A stretch of 63,365 nucleotides of DNA, filler included, from Basidiobolus ranarum (GCA_040143965.1; 53 parts of 53 records of this genome joined end to end with filler, not necessarily neighbours in it); one strand, 5' to 3'; numbered from the whole stretch's first letter, positions 9,612-22,809 are shown. Notes: generated by a model not told the origin, from the sequence alone. Numbers and translations are program-made.

Positions 9612-10712
9612 AAGACCCATTGGTAATATCTGTCAAGAAAGCCCAGGAAGCACCCAAGGACCTCTCAAGCTTGAACTTGTACTGCCATTTCTCTATCATC
9701 AATAATCTCTTGTTTTATAAGAAGCACCTCTACATTCCAGACCACACTTGCAGACTCAAAATCATGCAGGAACGACATGACTCACCACTTGCAGGATATT
9801 TTGGTGTTGCCAAATCATATTTGTTGGCATCCAGGGTTTACTAGTGGCCTAAAATGTTTGCATTGGTCAAGCCTTATGTTTCCACCTGTGTTACTTGTGC
9901 TCAAGTGAAATCTCCAAGATATCAGCCCTATGGCCTCTATTGCCACTTCCAATTCCTGCTCAGCAGTGGAAATCTGTATCCCTGGATTTCATAACCAATC
10001 TATCATTGTCCATCAGATATGCTTCAATTTTGGTAATTGTTCACCATCTAACAAAGATAGCCCACTTTGTGCCCTGCAACAAGTAAATTTTTGCATAACA
10101 AAAAGCAGAATTGGAAACTCAAAACATCTGCCACCTACATGAACTCCCTGAATCCATCATCTCTGACCAAGGACCTCAGTTTGCTTCCAAATTGTGGAAA
10201 AGTCTCCTCCATACCTTGGGTATCTGTGCCAATCTCTCCACTGCCTTCCATCCCCAATTTGATGGCCAAACAGAAACAGTCAATCAAGTTTTGGAACAAT
10301 ATTTGCAATACACTATCAACTATAATCAGGATAATTGGACACAACTCTTTCCTCTTGCTAAATTTGTTCACAACAATGTGTATCATACCTCAACAAAACA
10401 AACTTCTTTCTTTTCAAATTATGGGTTCCATCCTTGTTTCACAATTCACCTGCAATCCAATCTACCTTGCCCCACTGCCTCAGACCAAGGCACTTTCCTT
10501 AAAGACATCCATAAACAATTAATATTTGAGTTGGAGCATGCTCAATCCTAATACAAGAACTTTGCTGATAAGAAGAGAAAGCCAAGCCCAGATCTCAAGC
10601 CAGGAGATTATGTTTGGCTACTCCAGAAAATTATCAAAACCACTAGGCCTTGTGATAAACTTGATCATAAAAGACTAGGGCCTTTTAAGATTTTTAAGCA
10701 AATCAATTCAGT
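9612..10712 (+). mobile_element. Ty3/gypsy integrase, degenerate
   Basis: HDSPLAG, LPLPIPAQQWKSVSLDFI, SIISDQGPQF, STAFHPQFDGQTETVNQ, KLDHKRLGPFKI. Confidence 0.93.
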
Positions 10713-10974
10713 NNNNNNNNNNNNNNNNNNNNNNNNNNNNNNNNNNNNNNNNNNNNTTAATTAATTAANNNNNNNNNNNNNNNNNNNNNNNNNNNNNNNN
10801 NNNNNNNNNNNNTATTAAGTTCTTCCCAGATATCTGCAAGGTCAACACCAGACTGAATGTCAAGTGGAATATTCTTCTTCTGAAGCTACTTTCTGCATAC
10901 CTGCACTGTGTTTTTCCCATCATACTTTTGAAAATACTCCTCAAGCACCTTTTTTTTGGTGGATCACAAATTTG

Positions 10975-11382
10975 ACTATTAGAACACTCTATATTACACA
11001 AGAAAAATATATGGGAGATGTTTTAACCAGATTCAATATGTCAGAATGCAAAACAGCTTCAAATCCACTACGTATGCTGAAACTCACTAAACATATGGAA
11101 CCAAGGACCTCTGAAGATATTGAAATTATGAAACATATTCCTTACTGTAGTGCAGTTGGAAGTCTCAAATATGCAACAACTGGTACTAGCCCTGATATTG
11201 CTAAAGCAGTAAGCATAGTAAGCAAATATATGGAAAATCCTGCAAATGAACATTGGATTGCTGTGAAACAGATAATACACTATCTGAAAGGAACAATACA
11301 TCATGGAATTCAATTTAGTACGCAGTACAACTTATCACTTATTTTGGAAGGATATGCTGATGCAGACTGGGCTAAAGATGTA
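10975..11382 (+). mobile_element. Ty1/copia RT C-terminal fragment
   Basis: IPYCSAVGSLKYA...PDIAKAVSIVSKYMENP...GYADADWA. Confidence 0.9.
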
Positions 11383-11912
11383 CCCTGACAGAAATTTGAG
11401 GATTGTTATTGTAGGAAAACCATCACAATTTTAGTCCATTTGTGATTGAGTGTTTACTTACTGTCATAAAATCATCAAGTTAGATTTGATTTTAATCAAT
11501 ATTTTCAGTTCCAGGAGTAAAATTTCAAGATCTTGCAAAATAGTTGCACATGATTGGCTGCAATCTCAGCAAACTATGCATCAATGCATGTGCAAAAAAT
11601 GTAACTGAAATTTTACACAGTTACCACTTGAATACTAATTTGTCACCTTCAAAATCTCTAGTCTCTTTGATATATATTACTGAATATTCTTATAGAGTTC
11701 TTCATACCCAAGGTTTAGCTCATACCCAACACAAGTTTGTATCAGTATCTCTATCAGAGCCCACCATTGTATTAATGTTGCTGAATCAACATTCTTCCAG
11801 CTATCTGGTGGATATCCTGCAATATTGTGCCACTCTGTATTAAGTTCTTCCCAGATATCTGCATGGTTAACACCAGACTGAATGTCAAGTTGAGTGTTCT
11901 TCTTTTGAAGCC
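11383..11912 (+). mobile_element. CMC element left end plus probable ORF2 3' end (minus strand)
   Basis: CCCTGACAGAAAT terminus. Minus-strand reading LQKKNTQLDIQSGVNHADIWEELNTEWH points toward the TIR. The same segment recurs at 10813-10885. Confidence 0.7.
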
Positions 11913-12012
11913 NNNNNNNNNNNNNNNNNNNNNNNNNNNNNNNNNNNNNNNNNNNNTTAATTAATTAANNNNNNNNNNNNNNNNNNNNNNNNNNNNNNNN
12001 NNNNNNNNNNNN

Positions 12013-12130
12013 CAATAAAGAAGGGTCAGAAGGTTCCTTTTCATCTCCAGAGACTACATCCCAAAGCTCCCTGTCTTCCAGCATGATTTGCATCTTGAAC
12101 TTGCAGAAATTGTAATTTTCTCCTTCAAGC
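12013..12130 (-). mobile_element. Ty1/copia gag N-terminus
   Basis: KLEGENYNFCKFKMQIMLEDRELWDVV. Confidence 0.85.
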
Positions 12131-13112
12131 TTTTCTTGCTTGTTTTTTCCTTTGGTGCCAGCAGGCTTTTGCTTGGAAACTAATTTGGAAATAGATTCAA
12201 ATACTTTTTGAGTGGCATTGAAATATTCTGATGGCAAACTTAATGTATTGAAATTACTTAGATACAGCTTATAATAACCAAATATTTTCATCTATTAACC
12301 AAGATATGTTGTAAAGCCCCTGATGACTCATGTGTGACATCATCTCAGAATCAGCGGAAGATATTAATGAGATTTACCTATAATACCAACCTTACATATT
12401 GGGTTTTCTTTTTCCCCAATATCTTTCTCATCTGCAACACACACATTTACAGAAACCTTGCTATTTTTGTCACAACTTCTGGTGCTATCAAAGCAGAAGG
12501 CTTCATAGAAAAAGTCATCACAAGTAAGTTCACTGTGCAAAGCCTAGTGAATATTATCAGTGATAAGTGCACAAAATCAACTTTAGTTTTGCCCACTTTG
12601 TCTACTGGCCCTAACAAAAATAAAATTGATTGGATCCATATCATATCCACCCTCCAAAATAGCAAAACAATCAGAGAACCGTCACCATGTCATTGGCTTG
12701 CATTCTGGCAGGGGTTTGATGATGTGACGGCGGTTTCTTGACCGTATCTTAACGGTATTCATATATGTTAAAATAATGATCCTCAAATTTGGCATGCTTT
12801 ATTCAATATCCAGCAACTTTTGCAAAAATATAATTTTCAAATGGCAAATTACTGGGTTTACTGCTGTAGGATTTTGAATCATGATGCATGCCTTTATTTA
12901 GATATTTTAGGCTTTGTATTCCAGCCATAAGGAGAATCAAAAAATACAGGAATCTTGTTGTGTTTAGTCTCTACATATGCACATATTTGACTGATTAGAC
13001 GTAACTCAACAACATCAATATGCTTTACTGGCAAACTAATGGTGGAAAAATTGCCAAACATCTGAAATTTTGAATAGCACTGACACTTGCCAAATAGCTG
13101 ACTCTTGTTACC
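12131..13112. mobile_element. CMC promoter and ORF starts (12131-12608), then CMC right end (12609-13112)
   Basis: Homology to 1203-2304. CCCTAACAAAAA at 12609. Confidence 0.78.
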
Positions 13113-13212
13113 NNNNNNNNNNNNNNNNNNNNNNNNNNNNNNNNNNNNNNNNNNNNTTAATTAATTAANNNNNNNNNNNNNNNNNNNNNNNNNNNNNNNN
13201 NNNNNNNNNNNN

Positions 13213-14104
13213 TCCTTCAGTACTTCTTTAGCTGCTTTTCTTTCTTTTCCAAGTCAATAATTGCATACATTTTTGAGATGTTTCATGAATAGGCCTATAC
13301 TAGCCCAATTGCCATTTGCTTGCTAAAACCCAGGATAAGCCACATGAAATAAGTCAAGAACCTTCAGAGTAATGCCTGGTTTTTGGTTTTTCCACAATTG
13401 GCTCAAATCAAGGTGATTATGGGCAAGATTCCACACAGTTTCCAAAATGTCAAACCAATCATTATCAGAGCAAGTGACAACAGCTCTGACATTCAGAGTC
13501 TTTTGGTTTGCTGGTTTTCCTATGAGATTTCTACTTTCATGTGCCCAAGCAACTTTAGGTTGTTATGTAGGCTTAATGGTCCAACACATTTTCTGACCTG
13601 CCAGATTGTCATGGCAAAGTTCACATGTATGGTGGGGGATTGATTAAAAACTTGTATGAGAATAGATGGAGGGATTAGAATGTTGCTGTAGCTCAAATAC
13701 CGCATTCTGAAGGTCTTGTATCATTGCTGAGTGACCCTCTAACTGTTGACTAGTTGCTTCAGAATGCTGCATTAATTGCTATATTGTGGTATCATTGCTT
13801 ATAATGTCCTGTATAGCAACTTGATGATCTCTAACAAAAATGAAACTGCTTTGATCTGGACAGGATCTACCCTTCTGGATTGCAACACCATAAGAGAACC
13901 ATCACAATATTCATGGCTTGTATTCTGCCAGGTATTTTGATGGTGTAATGGCAGCTTCTTGATGGTATTTTGGCAGTGTTCATATATGTTACAATATTGA
14001 TCCTCATATTTGGCATTTGTTATTTGTTTTCTGCCAATTTTTGCAAGAATACAATTTTGGAATATCAAATTACTGGGTTTTGAGCTGTAGGAATTCAAAT
14101 TCAT
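13213..14104 (-). mobile_element. CMC ORF2 fragment (to 13828) interrupted by a diverged CMC right end (13829-14104)
   Basis: Homology to 6009-7109. CTCTAACAAAAATGAAA terminus at 13829. Confidence 0.72.
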
Positions 14105-14312
14105 AGACTTGTTCCATTGTATTGAGCCAGATCAGGCCAGCTAAAAAGTGTGTCAGCACAAATTGGCATGATTGGGCACTATCCAGCATGATGTTATTTA
14201 CCATTTTGGAAACAGTCTATTTTACTTATGTGGTATATTTAAGAAAAGTACCTTTAGACATTATTGCACATTCAAAAGATGATGAAAGCTTTATTCATAG
14301 TGTCTTAAGTCT
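14105..14312 (-). mobile_element. PIF/Harbinger-superfamily element, transposase-side end
   Basis: AGACTTGTTCCATT terminus. Reverse complement of 47446-47653, which follows the DDE transposase. Confidence 0.8.
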
Positions 14313-14519
14313 NNNNNNNNNNNNNNNNNNNNNNNNNNNNNNNNNNNNNNNNNNNNTTAATTAATTAANNNNNNNNNNNNNNNNNNNNNNNNNNNNNNNN
14401 NNNNNNNNNNNNATCAAGTCAAGGGACGTGGAATTTGTGGAAGAAGAAAAATTTTCAGTCAAAACAATCCAGGATCAAGAAAAACAACCAAAAATTGATG
14501 AAAATTCTACTTTCTCTCA

Positions 14520-15119
14520 CCAGCAATGACAACTTACTGCACCCTGTTGCCTTTTACTCAAGAAAGTTCTCTGCTGCAGAAGTCAACTATGACATCCATG
14601 ACCAGGAACTATTAGCAAACATTGCTGCATTTGAACAATGGTGACAATACTTGAATGGAGCAAATCGCAAAATCACAGTTTATTGTGATCACAAGAATCT
14701 TCAGTATTTTAGTACAACCAAAGTTCTCAACCATCATCAAGCAAGATGGTCATTATTTCTTGCCAGTTTTGATTTTGTGATTACATATCAACCAGGTAGC
14801 CAGCAAGGAAAGCCTGATGCCTTATCATGTAGAGCAGAATATCAGCCTAAAGAAGGGGATGAGGCCTTTGACCAACAAAATACTTCCTTACTGAAGCTCC
14901 ACCAACTTCAAATTAGTGCAACTGCCATTCTCGGCCTAGTCAAGCACAATCCATGAAGACATCTGCAAATTTCAATCTGAAGAACCATTGCCTTTACATT
15001 CCATACCACACTTCCAGACTGAAAATCATGCAGGAAAGACATGACTCACCACTAGCAAAACACTTTGGTGTTGCCAAATCATATATGTTGGCATCCAGGT
15101 ATTATTGGTGGCCCAGAAT
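14520..15119 (+). mobile_element. Ty3/gypsy RNase H and integrase zinc finger, degenerate
   Basis: [49 protein letters not shown]. Confidence 0.92.
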
Positions 15120-15512
15120 CCCTAACAAAAATAAAATTGATTTGATCCAGATCAGATCCACCCTCCAAAATAGCAAAACCATCAGAGAACCATCACAATA
15201 TTGTTGGCTTGCATTCTGCCAGGTATTTTGATGGTGTGATGGTGGTTTCTTGATGGTATCTTAATGGTATTCATACATGTTAAAATATTGATCCTCAAAT
15301 TTGGCATGTGTTGTTCAATATCCAGCAATTTTTGCAAAAATATAATTTTCAAATGGCAAATTAGTTGGTTTACTGCTGTAGGATTTCGAAATAATATCAT
15401 TCCTTTATTTAGATATTTTAGGCTTTGTATTCCAGCCATAATGAGAATCAAAAAATACAAGAATCTTGTTGTGTTTAGTCTCTACATATGCACATATTTG
15501 ACTGATTAGATA
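15120..15512 (-). mobile_element. CMC element right end, CpG-depleted copy
   Basis: CCCTAACAAAAATAAAATTGATTTGATCC. Confidence 0.85.
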
Positions 15513-15612
15513 NNNNNNNNNNNNNNNNNNNNNNNNNNNNNNNNNNNNNNNNNNNNTTAATTAATTAANNNNNNNNNNNNNNNNNNNNNNNNNNNNNNNN
15601 NNNNNNNNNNNN

Positions 15613-16031
15613 TTCTGTCATGCTGTAAAGGTTAGAACATGGAGCTCATAACCTATTGGGAAAATATGGGCTGTTTGGAGGAATTTTAGAAAAGTAGAGT
15701 TGAGAATAGCTTTTTTGAGATAATTATTTATTGTCCTGAAATGAAGTATTTATACATTTTGGTATAAATACAGAAAACTAACACTGGGGTTGTGTTCAGA
15801 TCATTTATGGGAATACAATAAGCTATCTTTGTGGCAATTTGGATAAGTTTGAGATTTTCAATATAGAATTGCAAATTGTTGCATTAATCATATACATGTA
15901 TGATATATGTTCCAATTTGCAGTGAGGGGATATTTGATTAATAATCCTAACTAACTCATATGTGATATAGGAAATAGTTGGGTGTACAAAGATAGAGATA
16001 ATAAATATGCTAAAGACAATAAACTTCAACA
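15613..16031 (-). repeat. Copia LTR family 2, 5' LTR (15654-16031, 378 bp), PBS (15641-15653) and gag ATG
   Basis: TGTTGAAGTTTATTGTC start and GGTTATGAGCTCC PBS. Same length and layout as 35350-35760. Confidence 0.85.
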
Positions 16032-16712
16032 CATATAAATCATTACAGTGTTCTGCCTGTAATTCCCTTGTAATAATTCTATCCAAATTTTCTACAAAGG
16101 GTTGTTCAATAGTTGGCAAAGTAGCCATTTTGGAAGTTGATGGTCTTGATGGTGTTTCTATTGAACTTTGCTCAAGTGTTGATTTACTATGTAATAGTGG
16201 GAATACAATCTCTTCACTTGCACTATTGCTGGAAAGGAACACATCTGGTAAGTTGATCAATGCTTCATCATTACTTAAGTTAGTTTCTGGCATGCTATTG
16301 ACTTGCAAAGTGGATGATGCATTGCCTGTCTGCTTATTAATTAAATCCTCAGTTCTTGCTGGTTTTTTTACTTTTGTGCCAGTAGGCTTTTGCTTGGAAG
16401 CCAATTTTGATTTAGATTTTGAATGCTTTTTGAATGGCATTGAAATTTTAAGATAGTCAACTTGGTGTAATGAAATTGCTTAGAAACAGCTTATAATAAA
16501 TCAAAATTGCCAACCATTACCAGAAATATCTTGTAAATCCCTTGATGACTCATATGTGATACCATCTCAGAATCTACTTTGGATATCAATGGGCTATACC
16601 TAAATTATCACTCTTATATAGGAGGTGTTCTTTTTTCTACAATGTACTTCTCATGCCACAACACAAACATTTAAAGAAGCCCTGCCATTATTGTCACAAA
16701 TTCTTGTGCTAT
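16032..16712. mobile_element. CMC ORF2 5' part (minus, ATG 16440), promoter, transposase start (plus, ATG 16653)
   Basis: MPFKKHSKSKSKLASK and MPQHKHLKKPC, 212 bp apart. Confidence 0.8.
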
Positions 16713-16812
16713 NNNNNNNNNNNNNNNNNNNNNNNNNNNNNNNNNNNNNNNNNNNNTTAATTAATTAANNNNNNNNNNNNNNNNNNNNNNNNNNNNNNNN
16801 NNNNNNNNNNNN

Positions 16813-17016
16813 AAGGTCCCAGGAACATGTGTGCAAAGTTTGGGGCTTCTAGCACAAGTTTGAAAAATCAATATATCTGAGAACTTCTAAGTTGGTAAAA
16901 ATTTTCTAAGTAAATTCCAATTGATAATAATTGATAATATCTTAGTGAATTATAAGATAACTAGGTACTAAGCTATATAAGACTATATAGGTGTTTAGCC
17001 AACGCTAATTTCAGCA
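16813..17016 (-). repeat. Copia LTR family 1, partial
   Basis: Homologous to 2590-2791. Confidence 0.8.
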
Positions 17017-17912
17017 CTAGCAGCAAGTCCTCAAAGTTATCTGGACTTACTGGTTTAACCAAAGTTGCATTTTGACCTACATCATTCTGGTCATACAACT
17101 GTGGTAACTCCATGGTATCTTGACTTTTGGCTATGTTACCAAAACTTTGAGATACACTACAGTCGGTGGACTCAATAGGCAAAACTAAAATTGATTTAGG
17201 GCACTTATTACTGTACTTATACACCGGGCTTTGTGCAGCTGGTGGCTTTGTACAGTGACTGTGCCTGTGATTATTTTTTCTATGAAGCCTCCAGCTTTCA
17301 TAGCACAAGAATTTGTGACAATAATAGCAGGGCTTCTTTAAATGTTTGTGTTGTAGCATGAGAAGGATATTGTTAAAAAAAGAACACCTCCCATGTAAGG
17401 ATGGTATTTTAGGTATAGCCCATGAATATCATCAGCTGATTCTGAGATGGTGCCACAGATGAGTCATCAAGGGAATTACAATATATATCCAGCAATGCAT
17501 TGCAATTTTGTTTTATTATCAGCTGTTTCTAAGCAATTTCATTACACCAAGTTTACCCCCTGAAAATTTCAATGCCATTCAAAAAGTGTTCAAAATCTAA
17601 GTCAAAATTGGCTTCCAAGCCAAATCCAGCTGGCACAAAAGGAAAAAAACCAGCAAGAACAGAGGACTTAGTTGATGAGCAGTCTAGCAATCAACCATCC
17701 ACTTTGGAAGGCAGTAATATGCTGGAAACTAACTGAAGTAATGATGAAGCATTAATCAATTTACCACATGTGTTCCTTTCCAGCAATAGTGCAAGTAAAG
17801 AGATTGTAATCCCCCAATTAGATAGTAACTCAATAGTTGAGCAAAGTTCAACCAAAACACCTTCATGACCATCAACTTCAAAATGGCTACTTTCCCACTA
17901 TTGAACAATCAT
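17017..17912. mobile_element. CMC transposase 5' part (minus, ATG 17359), promoter, ORF2 5' part (plus, ATG 17572)
   Basis: Same divergent layout, 212 bp apart. Confidence 0.8.
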
Positions 17913-18012
17913 NNNNNNNNNNNNNNNNNNNNNNNNNNNNNNNNNNNNNNNNNNNNTTAATTAATTAANNNNNNNNNNNNNNNNNNNNNNNNNNNNNNNN
18001 NNNNNNNNNNNN

Positions 18013-18790
18013 GGGTACACTTTTCTCTATGGTAATGGAGGAATAACTTAGAATAGTAAGAAGCGTCCAACCATAGGACTTTCCGCTACAAAAGCAGAGT
18101 ATATGGCTATTGCTGCTACTACACAAGAAGCTACATGATTGAGTAAGTTATCTACAGACTTGAGACAAATGCAAAAATGTACTGTTATTGTATTTAAAGA
18201 TTATCAAAGTTGTATTTCATTAGCTACACACCCTACATATCATGCTAGAACAAAACATATAGATGTTACCCATCATTTTGTTAGAAAATACATGGAAAAT
18301 GCTATAGCTGAGCTAGTGTATTGCCCTACTAAAGAAATGATGGCTGATAATGTAACCAAACCTTTAGCTTAAGCATAACTTGAATTATTCAGATACAAGT
18401 TAGGTCTAAGTGAAATACAAAACAATTGGTTTAGTGGGAATGTTGAAAATAGTTTTATAACAACTCAGTTTTTTGTAGCTAGTTTATTCATAATCTGATC
18501 ATTCAGCACCCCATTGTGCCACTTAACACCATGTGTTTATTGCTCTAATTGAAAGAAATATCAATTAGATCACTTTTATCGGTTTTCACTATTTTCTGAA
18601 AACATCTCCAAATCACCTCATTTTATCACCTATGCTTCAAAGAAATGTTCTTTATGAATTAAGCACATCCAATATTCTGATTTCATAGTAAACTATAAAA
18701 GGGACATGTCCAAATCTATAATACCTAAGTGTCTCAATCACAAATCCAATTATTGGCTAAAACACTTCCAAATCCTCTAAACATTTTCTT
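18013..18790 (+). mobile_element. Ty1/copia RNase H, PPT and a further LTR family starting at 18441 (3' limit approximate)
   Basis: YHARTKHIDVTHHFVR...YCPTKEMMADNVTKPL, then TTAGTGGGAA|TGTTGAAAATAG. Confidence 0.8.
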
Positions 18791-19212
18791 TATCCCATAT
18801 CAAAGCTGGAGAACTGGAAAGTTGGATTGTTAGAGCTGCTGTCACTTGCTCTGATAATGAGTGGCTTAACAATTTGGAAACTGTGCAGAATCTTGCCCAA
18901 AATTGTCTCAATTTGAGCTAATTGTGGAGACTTCCCTAAGTAGGCAATTATTGACTTGGAAAAGACAGAAAAGCAGCTCAAGAAGTACTCAAGAAGCTGG
19001 AAACTAGTAACCCCATTGGAAAAGATAAGAAGCTAGTGACTTCAAGCTCTACTGTCCACTTTCCAAATGCATTGTGCCAACACAAAATTGACATTTCCAG
19101 AGTCAGATTTTCNNNNNNNNNNNNNNNNNNNNNNNNNNNNNNNNNNNNNNNNNNNNTTAATTAATTAANNNNNNNNNNNNNNNNNNNNNNNNNNNNNNNN
19201 NNNNNNNNNNNN

Positions 19213-20311
19213 GCCCATACATTACTACATCAGACTAACAATAACTACCTTTGGAATAGTTCTTGACAAACAGTTGGTGAAAGTTTGCAATTCCAAGGAG
19301 AGATTGGAAATCCTGCCCATTCTTGGGAATATCCCAAGACAGAACAGATTTAACCTTCTTAGGGTCCATGGAGATGCCTGATGGGCTGATGTTACATACA
19401 AGGATTTCAACTTGAGCTTGATCAAATTCACATTTCTTAAGTTTAGCATAGAGCCCAGAGGTTTTCAACTTTTCTAGGACTTGGGAAACATGAATATTAC
19501 GTTCTTCTTGAGAGCTTGAGAAGATCAAGATATTGTCAAGATAGATTACCACAAATTGGGCAAGATACTCTCTGAAGATATCATTGATCATGTGTTGAAA
19601 GATTGCAGAGGCATTAGTTAGTCCCAATGGCATGACATTGTATTCAAAGTGTCCATAGTGAGTTTGAAAGGCAGTTTTCCATTGGTCTCCACGTTTGATT
19701 CTTACAAGATTGTAAGCACCTCTTAGATCAATCTTGTAAACACCTTGGCTGAAGCAAGCTGATCCAACAGTGAGTTAATTAATCACAAGGGGTACCAGTT
19801 TTTGACTGTAATGCTATTTAGGCCTCAATAATCAACACAGAGACGGAGGGATACATCCTTTTTCTTAACAAATACGATGGGGGAGCCTGCTGGGGACTTT
19901 GAATGTTGGGAAAAGCCTTTCTCCAGATTTTTTGCAATATACTCTTTCAGAATCTTCAGTACTGGCTGGGTCACCCCATATATAGGCCAAAATGGTGGTT
20001 ATTTTCCTTCTTATGGATCTATAGGGCAATCATATGGATGGTGAGCTGGTAGTATATCAGATTTCTTCTGGTCAAAGACATCAGCAAAGGCTTGGTATTT
20101 GGGAGGGAGCTTAGGAACCATAGGTTTTGTTGGTTTTGGCACTTCAGCAATACTGTCAATGGATATTGGCTTTATAGATGTTTTTAGGAGTCAGGCTGGT
20201 GATGAGTTGGATACTTTGCAGGTTGGCAAGTATGGACTAGGAGGTGGAGTTTGCTCTAATGTCATAATCTTTGTCGTCCAATTGATTACTGGGTTGTGCT
20301 GCATGAGCCAT
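19213..20311 (-). mobile_element. Ty3/gypsy protease-RT, degenerate
   Basis: MPLGLTNASAIFQ...VVIYLDNILIFS...LYAKLKKCEF. Confidence 0.92.
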
Positions 20312-20411
20312 NNNNNNNNNNNNNNNNNNNNNNNNNNNNNNNNNNNNNNNNNNNNTTAATTAATTAANNNNNNNNNNNNNNNNNNNNNNNNNNNNNNNNN
20401 NNNNNNNNNNN

Positions 20412-21298
20412 AATCCAATACTTCCAGTCTTTGCATTTGAATAAACGCCTAGATGAGTGGATATTGATGGGAGTCCTGGTAAAATATGATGGTATCTTGA
20501 CGTTTTCAAGCATTTTCCCAATCAATTCAAACTTTGATCCTATCTCAAATGGCTCATTCATATTGAATTTTCCACTGTATAGCTGAGTAAGTAGTATCGG
20601 AATGTTGTTGAATAGTAAGTGCATGGTGCCTAATGGGAAGCTCTGGCTCCAGCTGATCCCCTTTAGCAATATAATCTTAGGCTTATGGCTAATACCAAGT
20701 TTGATGTTAGACTGACTATTTGGTGAATTGATATCAGTGATCATGTTGAAATCTGACCAGGCTCTTGACAGTAAAATCATGAAGTTTAGTGTTGTATTTG
20801 GATAGTAGTAATGCGTATGCCTGTTAGAGTAAACTCCATTGATTTGACAAAATCTACAGCAAGATAGTGCATTGTGCCCACAAAAGCCTACAAGAATACT
20901 GATGGTAGGAGACTCACCAAAACTTACAATGATATTAGCTTTAATGAAATTACCCCATCTGAACCCCATTAGATAACCGTTCAAATTCTGCAATCAAAGC
21001 CTCCAAGAAGCTATCTATAAGCACTGGTGATTTTGGTCCAGATATGATGGATAGTATCAAAATATTCTGACTCTTATACCGTTCCAAAGCAGCAAGATTC
21101 AAGTTAATTAAAATTATTGACCAGCAAGCCTTTCCAAAGGTATTTTTGTTTAGTGAGAAATCATCCAGAGCCAATGCATATGCATGATCATACATGTTCT
21201 CAAAGAAACCTTGACTTTCCAGATTCTGGTAGTGGTATCCATCAAGTAAATTGTTAATACCTTCAGCTTTATGGTGGATACTTTGGTATTGGATCAAT
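20412..21298 (-). mobile_element. CMC/EnSpm transposase core (Transposase_21-like)
   Basis: ALALDDFS...WSIILINLNL...R...NILILSIISGPKSP...DSFLEAL..EFERL.NGV, GHNA..CRFC.I.G, MHLLFNNI. Confidence 0.88.
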
Positions 21299-21510
21299 CC
21301 CTACAAAAATGAAATTGATTTGATCCGGATTAGATCCACCCTTCAAAATAGCAAAACTGTCAGGGATCCATCACAATATTGCTGGCTTGAATTCTGCCTG
21401 GGATTTTGATGGTGTGACGGTGGTTTCTTGATGGTATCTTAATGGTATTCATGCATGTTAAAATATTGAACCTGAAATTTGTTATGCATTATTCCATAAC
21501 CAGAAATTTT
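21299..21510 (-). mobile_element. CMC element right end abutting transposase core
   Basis: CCCTACAAAAATGAAATTGATTTGATCCGGAT. Confidence 0.8.
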
Positions 21511-21610
21511 NNNNNNNNNNNNNNNNNNNNNNNNNNNNNNNNNNNNNNNNNNNNTTAATTAATTAANNNNNNNNNNNNNNNNNNNNNNNNNNNNNNNNNN
21601 NNNNNNNNNN

Positions 21611-21860
21611 TTCAGCTAACTCTTCTGGGTCGGTGATTCTTTGTTTAGGTGGTTTCGCCGTAGCCTCTTGACGTTCATTGGCTTCGCGTAAAATCTGCTC
21701 AGCTGTGATCTGAACTGGGGCGGGGGTTCTTATTCGTGATCTAAAAGTTATAGGGGAGCAATAAGTAAAGAAAAACTAGCAATAATCCATTGGTACATGA
21801 TCTATCGGGTACCTTCGGTGGACGCCCCTTTTTCTCATAACTACTGGCTTCAGAATCCAT
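21611..21860 (-). CDS. CLF1: Crooked-neck/Clf1 pre-mRNA splicing factor, 5' end (exon 21860-21813, intron 21812-21741, exon 21740 to contig edge)
   Basis: [40 protein letters not shown]...[11 protein letters not shown] with a GT..AG intron. Needs removal of one base in the G5 run at 21722-21726. Confidence 0.88.
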
Positions 21861-22194
21861 TATGTTAAAGATATAAGAAAGGAAACCTGGAAATAAAATG
21901 GATGAAAGTTATTTTATGATATATCTGCTCTGACTTCAATTTGGATATGTTCTTAGTAAATTATCAGAATTAACTATTTTAATAAGCATTTCGTTTTCGT
22001 GCCCAAAATAAATATCTAAATTACCTCAATGATGATTTTTTTCTTGAGTTTCAATTGTCCCATATTTATGTTCAGTTGATCATTATTATTCATTGCAATT
22101 TGATGTAGTTCACCATAATTGTATTAGAAAACTAAGTATCTTATAGATCAAGTGATAAACATTTTAATGAAACTTCGAAGAGAATATTGACATC

Positions 22195-22258
22195 GAATGA
22201 AATGGCTCTTGGGCATAAATATGAATGAAATGGCTCTTGGGCATAAATATGAATGAAA
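22195..22258 (+). repeat. 28-bp perfect tandem repeat (2.3 copies)
   Basis: GAATGAAATGGCTCTTGGGCATAAATAT twice, then GAATGAAA. Confidence 0.95.
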
Positions 22259-22437
22259 CGATCTATTTTACCGAAAATTTTAAATAGCAAAAGATGATGA
22301 GGGCAGTAGTTTAGCCTTCGAAATGTCTTCTAAATTAATGAGTGATTGTCCGAGATATTGAAACCAACATCCAATGATGACTATCAAAACCTAACAAGTT
22401 TTGCTGGCCAAAGGTGATTTATCCTAAAGAAAATGGG

Positions 22438-22694
22438 CTAAATGGCGACATTGAGAACATTTAATAGACCGCCAACTAAATGTATACTGCCAGTAGTCAA
22501 TATCTGTACATTCTTGTCGCTAGATTTCATGTACTCTTCTACCCACTTGACCGATTCATCGATAGACGCAAAGACATGGGTTGTACACTCAGAATTGATA
22601 TTCACTTCTCTGGTGGATTCTACCCAAAAGTCCGCCAATGATTTCTGCGGTGCAAGAGATTCATCAAATTCAATGGTGAAATTACGGGAGTCCG
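22438..22694 (-). CDS. MET7: Folylpolyglutamate synthase, last exon
   Basis: C-terminal QILTTGSIHLVGGLLNVL motif. Acceptor TTTTCTTCTATTTAG just upstream of 22694. Confidence 0.8.
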
Positions 22695-22809
22695 CTAAAT
22701 AGAAGAAAANNNNNNNNNNNNNNNNNNNNNNNNNNNNNNNNNNNNNNNNNNNNTTAATTAATTAANNNNNNNNNNNNNNNNNNNNNNNNNNNNNNNNNNN
22801 NNNNNNNNN

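Noticed and set aside
15823..16440. Novel fusion proteins in the ORF track (e.g. 15823-16440, 10864-11388, 52672-53310, 14953-15231, 11965-12291)
   Set aside because: These ORFs read through junctions between unrelated nested TE fragments.
22195..22258. 28-bp repeat as a mini-CRISPR
   Set aside because: The copies are directly adjacent with no spacers, in a eukaryotic intergenic region.
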